From Psilocybe cubensis (lineage: Eukaryota): a stretch of DNA of 64,000 bases. The translations under genes were made by a program, and so were the position numbers. Position 1 is the stretch's first letter. Every line of letters starts with the position of its first letter. The notes under the pieces were generated by a model. The model saw nothing but the letters and a program-made list of their open reading frames with translations. It was not told the origin of the DNA and did no database searches. The stretch lies in assembly GCA_017499595.2 (NCBI GenBank), contig CM039000.1:3906001-3970000 (forward strand). Reading direction: 5' to 3'. Of this stretch, positions 41,130-54,164 are shown one piece after another.

Positions 41130-41960
41130 TTAATGTTTCAATCCCAATAGCCCAGGGAAGACCCATCCAGCCGAGACGTATCCGGAAGCCAAAAACAAGC
41201 CTAAGGAGAAACAACGGGTTAGTATCACATTTTTGTCATCTACGCGGTGTCCGGCACGGTGCGCCGCCACCAAACTCACCTCCCAAAGCAACTTCGCCTA
41301 GGTAGTAGATGATGGTACCGCGCTTAGTGAAACGAACAAATTAGTCAAGACATCTTCAAAGGTAGTGCCACCACACACCTTTTTCGGGTCTCCAGTGAGG
41401 TATCCACGTGCATAAGAGACTCGCGACACGCACCAAAAAGCGCAGGCAATCGCGGATGGGATGGGAAAGCGAAGCCCGCTTATTATTGTCCTGAAGAATT
41501 AAAATATTGAACTCTACCGAGCTCTATCACTTCTCGAGAGGACAAGTAACGTACGTGACATATGCAATGTGCACATATTCAATCGCGTTATGGTGGGCAC
41601 CTGAATCCATGTATTCGCGTTAAGTAAGGTCACCCTTCATAAGCAGCAGCTTACGTTGTGCACAATTGAAGAGAAGAGCCTCTCTTGACTCCTCCATTTC
41701 CTTTTTCTCGGCATACACTGTGGATTGTTGGTGAATCTGTATGTGCAGTAAACCCAAACATCACTCACTTTGAGGATACTCAATCTTTGCGAGTTTTCGG
41801 TACCTCCCTACAGTTGAGGCGAGGCCCTGTAGCAGCACTGCAGTCAGGAAGAGTGAGGCGCCAACATATTTGAAGCTACAGCATAAGAGGGTCAGAAGAT
41901 ATTGAGAGGATTCATTGTATCACGGACTCACTCTTCAGGAATCGTCACGGTGACAGACAT
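41130..41960 (-). CDS. MAPEG-family microsomal glutathione S-transferase (MGST3-like); short exons, absent from the ORF track
   Basis: Exons assembled by hand: MSVTVTIPE..|FKYVGASLFLTAVLLQGLASTVGRYRKLAKIEYPQ|.YAEKKEMEESREALFFNCAQR|AHHNAIE...|..GLRFPIPSAIACAFWCVSRVSYARGYLTGDPKK|...|GLFLASGYVSAGWVFPGLLGLKH*. FNCAQRAH.N and GY.TGDP.K are MAPEG signatures. Confidence 0.9.
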
Positions 41961-42574
41961 TGAACTTTGAGGACAGAGGCGATTTTAAGCGGCTACGGGA
42001 AGTAAATGGATTCAGAGCCAGGTAAGATTGGGGAGAACAGAAGCCGAGGCGAACAGGTGTTAAGCGGGAGCAAGGTGGTGGTTAATTCAGCCAAACAACA
42101 AAGAGGGTGCCACCTTTATATAACCATGGAATGCAGGCAACTAAACCATACTGAGAATATCATTGGCTTGCGATTCTTCGCGGCTGGCAGCGTGGATAAG
42201 GACGGTGATGGACATGCGTGCGTGTTTACCGTTTTGTCATGATACCAACTCTCGGATCACTGAGCAGTGTCAATATCTTCGGAATTTACTCAGTCGCATG
42301 GTAGGGGTTGCCGAAGTTATATACTTAGTTTGGATCTCCGTCCAAATCAACTCATAACAATTGGCTCGGCATCTGGACGTTTCTGATCCGTACGGTCTTG
42401 CCGTCGCAAATCGTCGGGCTACGGGGATTAGTCCTTCGGCCACATCTCAATCGGACTCGGGGATGGGGATGGTTGTCAGTATTTAAATAGACGCTCGCAG
42501 TGGTCTCTCAGGGCGCATCTGGCGAACACCTTCGGAAGAAGAGAAAATTAAACCATCTCATTGGTATCTTGGTA

Positions 42575-44294
42575 TCAAACTACGTCTGGTGTTTCGGTCA
42601 TAGTGTCCTTTTCTGCCCCAAAATTTGCCTCTGACACAACACCATCGGAGCTCTCGGAAGCAGGAGGCATATTAATCGTCGACTGGAACGAATGATGTCC
42701 AATAACATTTTCAAGTTCCCTTTTTTCAGTGTCCCCCGTGTCGCTGCGTGGCCGGCCCTTCTCCGCATCTGACTCGTCCCTCGATGTCGGGACTTCCGTC
42801 CCTGCTGAGCCAGGGGTGTCTGGAGTCAAAGGTGGCTCATCTATCATCATAGTCTGGCCTTCGTCGTTTGTTGCGACTCCTTGCCAGTGGTGGGGTACTG
42901 AGGTAACCGCAGCAAAAGTCTGTCCCGTCTCAGCGTTGTATGGTCGAGTGACAATCATGCAAAAACATATTCCCTATTTTCTTGGTTAGAAGGAATCTGG
43001 GCAAGATAAAGGGACGCACTATGATAGGACACGTCTAGATTAAAGCACAAATAAACTCAACACCTCGACATTTCACATTAAGGCGTGAGCATCACTTACG
43101 GCCGCAACGCTCATGTAAAGAGCGTTAGATTCCACAATAGAGAATATCAGGGATAGGCAAACAAGCAAACTGTAATACAAGGGAGTATCAGAAAATGATT
43201 AGGACCGCACGATGAATGACTTACCAATACAGAGCAGCGCTCTGAACCAGAATTTCGATGTACCTCTGGCAAACGGAGAAGAAGTTTGAAAAAGAGAAAA
43301 CGTAATATTCTCAATTCTGTATGTACCTGCAACTTTGTTTGAGAGGTGACCTTAGCACCTCTTACACTGCGTTGAGCCAGCCAGACACGAAGTGAAATAA
43401 AGACTAAGATCAAAAGAATGAGCTGAACGGTTCCAATGATCGCAGTTCACTTACATGTACAGTATATGTTGCACCTATGAGGAGAGTTAGACAAGCTTTA
43501 ATTCAAGCTAACATACAATAAAACATACGCGAAGGTTAGAGCGAATGCGGCTACAATCCACCGACGCGACCTGTCGAAAATGGAATCGATTGAAGTTGTA
43601 AACAAATGAGCCGCAACGGAGGCGGTGGCTAGACTAGTGTCAGAAGCACTCTGTCGTACTCCAGTACCTCAAAGTGAACGTACCGAGCAGCGAAACACAG
43701 ATACATGCGGCTGGAATTGCTATAATATAGTTCCGTTGCCACACGATGAACAGACGATAAATCTTCAAGGTAAATTTAGCGTTAAGCGCCACAAAACGAA
43801 CTGACTAGCTCACAAGAAAGGCGTCTGCAACAACGGGAACCATGATATAGAATGCGTTGTATGCGACACTCCAATTTGGACTTAGAGACAGGTACCCTCT
43901 TTGATCCATTGGTGTATCGGTGTTTGAGATGTTCGAGAGTGCTATAAAAGATGAAATAACAAGCACTAGGAAATGCTGCGAAGGTGAGAGTAAAATCGTG
44001 AGCTTTCAGCGAGGATTGTGAATCATGAAAGACTCACTCCGGTCGCCCCTATGAACAAAGTCATTCCCACTGCAAATATAGGAGATATAAACATATTCTC
44101 TCCGCACTCCCTCGAGCGCTTTCGTATGTTTTCGATATACGAATAAAAGTGAACCCAATAAATCCCTGAAATTGCGTAAGACTAGTCAAGCGCCAAAAAA
44201 AAAGGCCTAACATACCAGTTAACACAGATTCAATGAAAAACCCCGAGAAACGGGCGATATTGTAGGGAGGCTGGTTTGTCAAAGCGGTGTTCAT
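42575..44294 (-). CDS. Uncharacterised Agaricomycete-type multi-pass (7TM-like) membrane protein, paralog A
   Basis: MNTALTNQPPYNIARFSGFFIESVLT|GIYWV...VVADAFL|IYRLFIVWQRNYIIAIPA...IL.QSAALY...|...MIVTR followed by an acidic tail. Confidence 0.8.
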
Positions 44295-44872
44295 GATTTT
44301 GCAAGCTTGATGGTCTTGGATATACTCTTGTGCTAGTACCGAACTTCAGCTAGCGGTCGCCGTAGTGCAAGATACAAGCGAATCTGTAGAACACCTCCAA
44401 TCGCACTTTGGTGCAGGTTTCAATGATATGCAGGATGTTTGGCGAAGTACCCACCTATTCCAAGCCAGATATAATGCTCGAGGACCATAATTGGAAATTA
44501 CCACTTGCGACTTTCAAATGAAACCTGCTATGTGAGACAGCGGAAGACAAAGGCGTTGTAAATCATTCCCCATACCCACCTTTACAGGTTGAATCTATTC
44601 AATCTCTTCGAGTCATAGTTTAACAGACAGTATGAGGGGTTTATTAAATAAATCAATTCACAGAATGTGGGACCTTTGCACCTACAGTGTCCACTGGTAA
44701 GGATGTCAAACGCCAGTCGATGTAAATCGTACAACGCATCGATTATATGCACACGTGTTTCCGCTATCATATGCATAAGGAAACAAGGAATGTTTCTGCT
44801 AAATAATGGTCCGGGTGCAAGGCTATTGACACAGAAAAGTACGTATCCTCCCCCCGTAGAATAAAATAATAG

Positions 44873-46587
44873 TCAGCTACCACTGATGTCCGAGTCGGAA
44901 TGATGATCCACCGTCGAGACCTGCTCAACTAGGCAGGTCACGGTGTTAGCTTCAGGCTGATAGGCCGCAGGCAATGGGGTGCCAGATCTTCCCAGAACAA
45001 TCTTGCCAATTACAGGGCATTTGCTCAAAAAGGTTTGCAGCGGAGGCCGTTGAACGGTTGGCTGCGGTACTACCGTCGCGGAACTCTGAATAATAGAAGG
45101 AGGAGGAGATTGCGGAGGAGGAGGTGGTGGAGGTGGAGGAGGAGGAGGAGGGGGGATAGGGTGCGCCTGTGTGTGGAGAGGAACATTGTTCGTTTGTGGC
45201 CAGCTGCCATTTTGAACGGCCCGGTTGTCGCTGTCGTTGTTTACGCGGGTTACGATCATGCAAAAACATATCCCCTAATTTGATAGTCTGTTAGGTTCAG
45301 AATTTGGCTTTTGAACAACTGGCTTACAACGATAGCGCTCGTCTAAAGGTGTAAAAAACTCGTCAATATAAGGTATCAGTGGTGGAACGGAAATATACCT
45401 ACCGCACCGACACTGAAGTATAAAGCATTAGACTCCAGGATCGAAAACACCAAAGATAATGAGACGAGCAAACTGGGTTTGTCAGTTTGTTTCTCTCAGA
45501 TGCGACTCACGAAGTAAAACCTCACCAATAAAGCGCAGCACTTTGAATCAAGATGTTGACCGATTTCTATGGAAGTCAGCATGCCATGAGACAATCCAGG
45601 ATGATATGATGAGACACTACCTGAAGCCTTGAAGGTGTAACTTGACCAGCATGCTGGGTCGCCATTCCAATGCGAAATCCAATTAGAACTGTGAAAGCAT
45701 ATAGATTTGTGAATTTCAAGCAAAATAAAAAAGGCGTACATGTGCAATAAACGTTGCAGCTACAGCGGAGTGGGTATATTCAGAGGAAGCAGTTTTCATC
45801 GAACAAAATGGAACTTACGCAAACGTCAAAGAGAAACAGGCCAGAAGCAAGTTTTGTGTTGTAGAAAAAATAGAGTCGACAGAAGCAATGAAGACCTTCG
45901 CTGTTATAGCTGCAGTAACTGAGCAACATAGCAAAAAACTTTTCAGACTATTTGCTTCTCCAAAGTAATGTAGTGCGGAACACTCACCTATCAGAGCGAC
46001 GCAGAATGACGCAGGGAGTATGCATATCCACCAATTACGAGACCATACGATAAAAAGCCGGTATATCTTCCAAGAATCAGGCAAGATACTTATTTCAGAG
46101 TGATGGAGAAGAGACCAACCAGGAACGAATCTGCAACCACAGGAACTGCAATATAGAAAGAGTTGTACGCCAAATTCCAGTTTGTACTCAGGGATAAGTA
46201 CCCCCTTTCGTCGAATGGAGTGTCGGTGGTGGCGCAATTGATGAAAGCTATGAAGGAAGACATAGTAAGAACGAGGTATTCCTGTAAATATCAATACACC
46301 TATGCTTATAACAACCATGGCGATCATAGCTTACCCCGGTATCCAACAAGAACAGGATACAACCGACTACAAACATGGGTGTCTTCCACAATGATTCCTG
46401 ACGCAGTTTCGAACGCTTTCTGGCACCCTCGACGTAGTAGAAAAAGTTAACCCAATAAATACCTTGAGTCATTCCATCAGCCAAAGCCACGAACAAATCA
46501 GATTGACGAACCATTGAGTAAAGTTTGAATGAAGAACCCAGCGAAGCGCGCGATATTGTGCGGCGGCTTATTTTTCCATGCCGACAT
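44873..46587 (-). CDS. Uncharacterised Agaricomycete-type multi-pass (7TM-like) membrane protein, paralog B, with poly-Pro tail
   Basis: MSAWKNKPPHNIARFAGFFIQTLLN|GIYWV...|IYRLFIVWSRNWWICILPA...LIQSAALY...|...MIVTR. Exon layout parallels paralog A. Confidence 0.8.
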
Positions 46588-47939
46588 GGCGGAATCGAGG
46601 AGTAGAAATGGTCCGGGTACTGTTCAGAGAAAAGTGGGTAAAGTTGTTCGCTGCCTGGAGTTCGTTGAGTGGTACCTTGCTGGTGTTTCACAGAGGGAAA
46701 GCCTTACTGGTGTTTCACAGAGTGAAAGAGGGGCTCGAAATATGGTCGATGAAGACACAGTCTGAACGATGAAAATACTCATTCGGCAGCGGGATGTGGC
46801 GCATTCAAAGACCTAATTAATCCATACATTGTGAGACACTCAGCATTTGAACAATACCCAACCGCACCTGATCTTTCCTGATTTATACCGGTCCGCTGAT
46901 ACTAGGCGCAAGCCACGAATAATGGAACGTAGTGGACTTCAAAAATGTATAATGAAGAAAAATATAGCAAGTATATTTCTCAGAAAAACTAGGATACAAT
47001 TAGCACTGAGCAGCGAGTATTTTAATTATTGTGTCAACTAAGGATATGCGGGCGTGGAGCTCACCAAATACGTCTATCTGCTGTGTATGGACTACACTCG
47101 ATCATTAGTAGTGGAAGGCTAATTATTAAAAATCCTGATGTGCATTCTACTGACTCTCGGAATGTATGAAGTGGTCGTGTTGACAGATACTTAGGAGAAT
47201 TTGATGCATACATACCAACGAAATGAGCTGGGAGCAAGAAAGATCAGATGGATAACTGCGGACGGACTTGTGGCTTCAATGCTTTCTCTTCTATAATCGA
47301 CACCACCAAAAAACCGTTAAAAATGAGCGCTGGTCAGCAGAAGCAGATTTCACGGACTAGAGGTTCCCCGTTGTCTTTATGTGGTATCGAAGACGTGAAG
47401 AAACATCCATCCTGCTTCGATTTGTGGCAAGGCACGAAATGTGCGGAATAAACCACCGATATGATGTCTTTGGAGCTCCACTGTGCAGACTCAGTACATC
47501 AATCACGCATATAAAACAACCAACCTTGCAAGTCGGCTACATCCAAATAGAATAATATAATAAAATTTGAAGAGAAACGACCGACCGTCTCACATTACAC
47601 ACTTCCAACGAGCAAGAAAAAAGATACACGAACCTAATTACGGCGACTTGAAAGCATAAAGGGGAAAAAAGGAAAGAAGAACAGCGACCGGCATACATAC
47701 CGATGAGCGTCGAAAGTGTGTATTGCACTGGCTTGTCTGCAAGTATTTGTCACGATAACTCCCAAAGGCAAAGTAACGTTAAGCATAAAGACAAGCAAAG
47801 GGTTTTGGATGACAGGACGGACTGATAGGCCTTCGAATGGACCGTGGAAGGCAAGAAACAGCAACGACTGTCATCAGAAGTGGGGCGAGATCAACGAACG
47901 TAGTTGAGGTTAAAACTAGACAGACAGACCTCAGCGCAA

Positions 47940-49382
47940 TTACAAGAAATCTTCTGCTCTGGCACGTTTCTTCCCACGTGACTCATCGGCCTGAGGAGAT
48001 GGATTTTCAGCTAATTTTGCGCAGAAATACTTTGGATGAATAGCTCGATGTTCGTCCTAGAATTGAATGTGTGAGTATGACGCTATGAAAAGGCGTTGAA
48101 CTACGACATACAGGTGAGAAGTTGGCATCCTTGAATTTGAGGTCCGTTGGCTTTTTGAATTCGGGGTTGGTCTGCAGTATTGCACCATTGGGCAAGGACA
48201 GTACTGGTTGGCGTGTTCTTTCTTCTACACGAGGAGGTTCCGATGCTGTTTGAGGTGTTTGTGATGATGAAGGTGGCAATGGTGTACCTTGGGGTGGAAC
48301 ACCTGCGGTGGACGCATTCTGTGATATTTGCGCCGGAACAAACTGGGGAGGAGGAAGAGGAGAAAAACTTGGAGCACCCGGAAGGGCCGGGGGTGCACCT
48401 GGAATTCCGGGAGGTGGAATAAATGGTGGCTGTCCGGGGAATGGGGGCCTAGCAAGACCTGGGGGGAAAGGAGGTGCAGCAGGAGGGAAACCAGGAGGCA
48501 CAGGGAACCCAGGAGGAGGACTACGTAACAGTATCAGTGATATGTTGGCCATGTTGACATTCTAAACTTACCCGGGGGGAAAGCCTGGCATAAAGGGCGG
48601 GAAAGGCGGGGGAGCTCCAAAGCCAGGAGGTGGTGACGGACCGCCAGGAAAGAAACCAGGTGGAGGAACAGGGGGGCTTCCTGCCAAAGGAGGTGGAATC
48701 GGAGGGGTGGCATATGTTTGAGGTGCACCATATACAGCAGGACCAGAGCTTGTTTCCACCGGGGTCGTTGTTTCCTGGGTACTCAGCCCCATCAGTGCCT
48801 TGTGCTCTGCAAGTTGACGGCGTAGTTCTTCTTCAGAAAGAGGGCGATTTTCGACCTTGGCTCTTTTTGGAGGTGGTTGGGAAATCGAACCCGCAGACAG
48901 CCCAAGTTCGATCTCTTTGCGGCGCTTGTAATCAGCGACATCTGGTGCAGGTATTCCCTCCATCCCAAAAATCTCGACGTCATATCCATCTCGACCAGGT
49001 AGTGCATTTTCAATACGCGGAAGGCTACGCGAATGTCAGATTTGGTCGACAATGACAAACTATAGAACTTGATAAGAGATACTCACTTCTCAGGCTCAAG
49101 TTTGTGAACTTGTTGGATGTGCACTGCCAATCCTCCCGCTGTATTTAGCCTCCTTGGACACATGTTACACTTGAAGTGCTTGGCTTTCTGGTGCTGCATC
49201 AAAACTTGTTTGAAAACGTTAGAAGCATCGAGAAGTAGCTTCAAAATCACAAACTCACCTTTTTCATCTTCAAATTCACGCTCGCAGTACCAACACCATG
49301 GCCGGATGATCTGATATACTGTCAGTAGAAGCTAAGATATTTTATAGCATTTGCAAACCTGTTTATTCTTCTTTTTTGCCAT
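47940..49382 (-). CDS. ZNF207/BuGZ-like C2H2 zinc-finger protein with Pro-rich C-terminus
   Basis: [60 protein letters not shown]...[20 protein letters not shown]...; C-terminus [10 protein letters not shown]. Confidence 0.92.
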
Positions 49383-49557
49383 TGAATAAAGTCGATGAGG
49401 TCGTGATGAGAGTTTCGGACAAGATGCGAGACGACACGAGTGTGGGAAATGCTTCGGCTGACTTCGTATATCGGCAAGAGCCGTAAAAGAAATGCTGACA
49501 AAGCCAAAGTAATTCCCAACAAGAAGTTTTAGTCGAATAGTTACGCCAAATCAGTAT

Positions 49558-50018
49558 CACTGCTGGATACATCAAATTAGCCTCACTGCTGGCACCCATT
49601 CATATATGTCAAATAAAAACGGATTAGATACACGTTATGTGTTTGATTGAGTGCCTTTTATTGACATTTTTTAGAGAAATATACTTCGGAAGTGCATTCC
49701 GAACCATATTTCTTGAGAAAAAGTCAACAAAAACAACATGTTAATATACAAAACGTGTATCTGATTCGTTTTTGTTTGGCATATACCAATGGCCTCCAAC
49801 AGTGCCTATTAGTATACATCAAATTAACACCAATTAAATACACGTTACGTGTTTGCATGATTGTGTGCTTTTTATTGATATTTTTCAGAGAAATACGCTT
49901 CGGAAGTGCATTCCGGACCATATTTCTCTGAAAAATGACAACAAAACCTTGATTTCCATATAAAAAACGTGTTTCTAATTCATTTATAATTGGCATATAC
50001 GAATGGGTTCCAGCAGTG
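49558..50018. mobile_element. CACTG-ended MITE (CACTA/CMC-like), outer copy, TSD TAT
   Basis: Ends CACTGCTGG...CCAGCAGTG. TAT at 49555-49557 and 50019-50021. Interrupted by an inner copy of the same family. Confidence 0.82.
49584..49804. mobile_element. CACTG-ended MITE (221 bp), inner copy, TSD CCT
   Basis: About 53-bp imperfect TIRs (CACTGCTGGCACCCATT...ATACACGTT / AACGTGTAT...CCAACAGTG). CCT at 49581-49583 and 49805-49807. Confidence 0.87.
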
Positions 50019-50440
50019 TATGATATTTGCCGTTCAAACACGGCCACCGAATCTGATTTGCCAGCGTAGTCTAGCGTAGTCTTCCAGATACCAGAAATTT
50101 TTATGTGCAAATTAACCCACTCACTCCTCAGTTGAACCATTATTAGCATCTCTACTGGAGAATAAAAAATGCAAAAGAGAGTTTTTACCAACACTCAATT
50201 TCGTCAAAAGTGTTTGCAATTTTCACGACATGATAGAATTATTTGGCTTGAGTTATCATGGCGAGTTATCCTTCTTGTTTTTTCCATGGGCTTGTGACGT
50301 ATGTCGGAACAAATGATTTTGCCGATCCAGTGCAGAGTCATCGCTGCGGAGTTGATCTATTTCTGAAAGTGACTCCTACGCTGCGCTTGCGAGTCTGATA
50401 TAAATATGCAATAGGTGCATTTTGGAGCTTCATCATTGCC

Positions 50441-53021
50441 ATGAACCCAGATGAAAAAAAGCCTGCCGACCTGAATGAGTATTCCAATGTCAGGATTGAT
50501 GAATTTCAGCTGGGAGTCTGGAGATTCAAGATCGCCACAGAAACGGGGTTCAATCCGCAGAAGTACTGGGAGGATGTAAAGGTCTCTCTTCCCTTGTTCT
50601 TTCGTCTGGCTGTGGATGTTTTCACAATATCCCCTCGGCTTTTTACAATTTACATTGTCTGTCAAATCTGGCAAGGAATCGAAGACACGATACTTCTTCA
50701 ACTCTCCAACAACCTCCTAAAAACAGTGAGTTCATGTTGTTCACCGTCGTGGCTATTCTGATTTCCGTAGGTCGAGGCCGGACTTGTGGCAGGGAAGCCT
50801 GATTCACGGGCTATTGCATCTGCAATGTTAACCCGTGTACTCTGCACGGTATTTGTGTCTTATATCCAGTGGTATGGGTAAGTTTTCAAAACTTTCTTAT
50901 CTTCAATTCCGTGTTCTTATTGATTGTAGGGCAAAGACGTTGGAAATATTGGAAAATCAGGTTACGAGACATTATGAGCTGATTCTGATGCAATGTGCGT
51001 ATCTTCTTATCCAATACCCATCTAAAATTCACTGAATTTGTTTCTCTCCAGCCAACCTCAGACTCGATTTGCCAACTTCGCAAGGTAGGACGAAGCAAAA
51101 GGAAAATAACATCTCTAACAACCCGTCACCCAGCTCCCGGAAATAAGCAAGAAGCAACTGCGTCACAGGCATGGGACTGTTTACAGAACATCATCAATTT
51201 CGCAACAATGATGCTCAAGTCGTTCAGTCAGCTATTGCTGATCTTCCATATTTCACGTTCTAATGGGGGGCCTTTTTTCGCTATTTTGTGTGCCAGCGAG
51301 CCAATATCCTCGGTTCTTTTCTCTCGATCTGCGTGGAATCAAGGTATGTTCTATCAAATCCTCGTTCATGATCCCTTACCCTTGGTTATAATCAGTTTGT
51401 TTCGGATTCATTAATAACACCTACTATCAACGTATGATTTCTCTAAAGAAGATGGTCAACGATAAATATAGACAGGATATTATCAGTGGCGGGTTGGGAC
51501 AGTGGATCAGCAAAGGTGAGCACTGACGCATCTGCCATAAAACACATTGCTTATGGAAATAGAGTTTAAATTAGCTCATACACAGGTTGGGAATTTGTCA
51601 GAAACCCACCCATTTATTCAATTCAGCAGGGTTACTACTACTCCATTTAACTCTCTGTGGCATAGGTTTCTCGGAGACCTTCCAATGGTATATCTGTTAG
51701 CTATCTTTCTTGTTTCCTTTTGCTAATGCCTTTCTCAATTCTCTCAGCTATACTGTGCTTCCGAGGTTATGTTGAGACCAACGAGGTTATCCCTATCGTC
51801 GATCGCTATTTTGCAACAGTCCTCCAGCACTGTGCGAAACTCCATATCGTTCGCGTTGCACAGCGGATCACGCTTCCAAAAAAACTTGACCCTAATTAAG
51901 ACTATATACAACGCAACTATTGTCAAAAATACCATGAAAGTAGGGAGCGTATCATACCCACACATTCCTGAAAATCCGATTGCGAATGTCAACCCATCGA
52001 AGGGCATGTCCTTCCAGCTAAAGTTTGTTTCTTGCGTTTATTCCGACATTTTCTGTTACTTATCTACGTTTCAGAAACGTCACATTTTCGTACAGCGGTG
52101 CACAAAAGGAAACCCCCGCACTGAAAGATATTAATTTGACCATTAAGCCAGGTTCACTTGTTGTGATAGTTGGAGCCAACGGCAGCGGAAAGTCCACTCT
52201 AATCAGAATCTTATCCCGGCTGTACGACCCATCGTCAGGCGAAGTACTTATTGATGGCCTTCCGTCCTCCGATTATAAGATTGATGATCTCCATCAAGCG
52301 ACAGCACTTTTGAGTCAGGACAGCACACTATACCCCTTATCTCTAGCGGAAAATATTGGCCTCGGCTGTGAAGAATATGTCCACGACATGGACATGATCA
52401 CTGAAGCAGCAAAGCAAGGCGGCGCACTGCAATTCACGGAAAAGTTCAAGGAAGGGATGCAGACAATGTTGGATCCATGCATTCAGAGTGTCCAGAGGGG
52501 TCTCTACGGGAACCACAACCATCCCTTATACAAAGAGATGCAGACTATGAAGAAGCAAATAGATATTTCTGGGGGAGAGAAACAGAGAGTCGTTGCGTGA
52601 GTGCTCATATATCTTGCACTTGACAATTGATATTAAAGCAAGTTCTTTACAGGTCACGTTCATTTATGCGATTTAAATCTGGAAAGGTCAGCTTTGTAGC
52701 TGTGGACGAGCCAAGCTCTGCATTAGACGCCGAAGGAGAGCTTGATCTCTTCAAAAATCTACTTGCGGTGCGAGATGGGAAGACGATGGTTTTTGTCACC
52801 CATCGATTCGGACATCTTACAAAACACGCAAATCTCATTCTGTTCGTTATTCATTTATGTCTTTTTCCATATTTTTACTCACGCAGAACTGCTGCAGATG
52901 CATGAAAGATGGATCTGTCGTCGAATCAGGAACACATGAAGATCTCATGAAACTTGACGGAGAGTATGCGAAGTTGTACAATATTCAAGCAAATGCTTTT
53001 TCAGATAAATGGGAAATTTGA
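50441..53021 (+). CDS. ABC transporter-like protein with a single C-terminal nucleotide-binding domain (half-transporter architecture)
   Basis: NVTFSY, Walker A GANGSGKST, Q-loop LSQD, signature ISGGEKQR, Walker B VAVDEPSSALD, H-loop VTHRF, GTHEDLM...YAKLYNIQA. Hydrophobic N-terminal half; many short introns. Confidence 0.9.
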
Positions 53022-53569
53022 CTTTCCGTTTCGCTGTTAGTTTTTCCTTGCCATGCCTCGAATTACAAAGATGTGGCTAGTAAGTCTGCTATGTATATAT
53101 TCATTTTTCGAACTCCTTATAAATTGGTTTAGCACTGTATATCTAGGCTACTTTATTTCTTTTAATCATGCCAAATCATATCTGGAACTATCTAGATGTA
53201 CTCATCGACGAACTTGTCTTTTAAGATGAGAACGCAAAATGACCCCTTACAGCCCCCCCACGAAAACCGAGGTTTTTCGCATCCCTATGCGGCTATCATT
53301 TGCCATTTTTTCTTGCTAAGAAATTCACTGGGCCGCACGCAGCAAGAGGTGCATTGCACTACACAGCCTGCACCGCCCGCTTTTGCGCTCAGCAGTTCAA
53401 CAAACACGGGCCACATGCAATCGGTGTCAGTAAATCCGTCTCCATTTTTTCTCAGTCTTTTCTCCGATAAGATAGGCGTCTTGAACATGGAGTCAAGGGC
53501 AGTGCTTCGCTTTTCTTCTATAGTCATCTTCAAGAAAAATAGATGTTCTTCTCCCTAGTAAGGTCACCC

Positions 53570-54063
53570 AACCTTTGCGGAAATAGTGATCGTTCTCTCA
53601 ACAAAGAAATGGAAAAGATCGAGAAGGTCGTTGACATATCAGGAGGGGAAAGGCAAAGGGTCGTTGCGTATGTATAAAGTGAAATAAAACATTAGTCCAA
53701 CCAGATGCCTTTTGCGGATCTCGTTCGTTTATGCGGTTTAAGTCCGGAAAGATGAACTTCGTAGCAGTCGATGACCCAAGTTCTGCTCTCAACGGCGAAG
53801 GAGAGCTTCAACTCTTTGAGAATCTTTTAGCGGTTCGCGAAGGCAAGACCATGGTGTTCGTAACACATCGATTTGGCCATTTGACGAGGCATGTAGATCT
53901 AATCATGTAAGAAGCATTGAGAATTCCGCCGGCATCGTGACTAACTGTCATCGATAGATGTATGAAAGATGGATCGGTTGTTGAAGCAGGGACTCACACA
54001 GAACTGATGCATAAGAAAGGTGATTATGCACAACTTTACATGATTCAGGCCCGTGCCTTTTGA
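53570..54063 (+). pseudogene. 3' relic of a paralogous ABC transporter
   Basis: DISGGERQRVVA|SRSFMRFKSGKMNFVAVDDPSSALNGEGE...VTHRFGHLT|CMKDGSVVEAGTH...IQARAF*. Same intron positions as the upstream gene. No Walker A or TM exons; first acceptor reads GG instead of AG. Confidence 0.85.
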
Positions 54064-54164
54064 GGGTCCATCGTCATAGTTTGGTGGAATAGTTATAAAC
54101 GGCCGAATCTGAGGATGGTAGGGCAGGGAAGGCAGAACCAACTTGCGTAGTCTCCATAATGTGT

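Noticed and set aside
42006..42242. Short ORF ending ...DKDGDGHACVFTVLS as a pheromone precursor
   Set aside because: The last four residues are TVLS, so there is no CaaX, and it lies in the MAPEG gene's upstream region.
46675..46728. 27-bp tandem duplication upstream of 7TM paralog B
   Set aside because: Two imperfect copies only; no evidence of function.
49650..49940. Repeated TTCGGAAGTGCATTCCG as a CRISPR-like array or simple tandem repeat
   Set aside because: Only two copies, in a eukaryotic context, fully explained by the nested MITEs.
53285..53533. 82-aa Cys-containing minus-strand ORF between the ABC gene and its relic
   Set aside because: Non-ATG start, no recognisable motif, no terminal CaaX.
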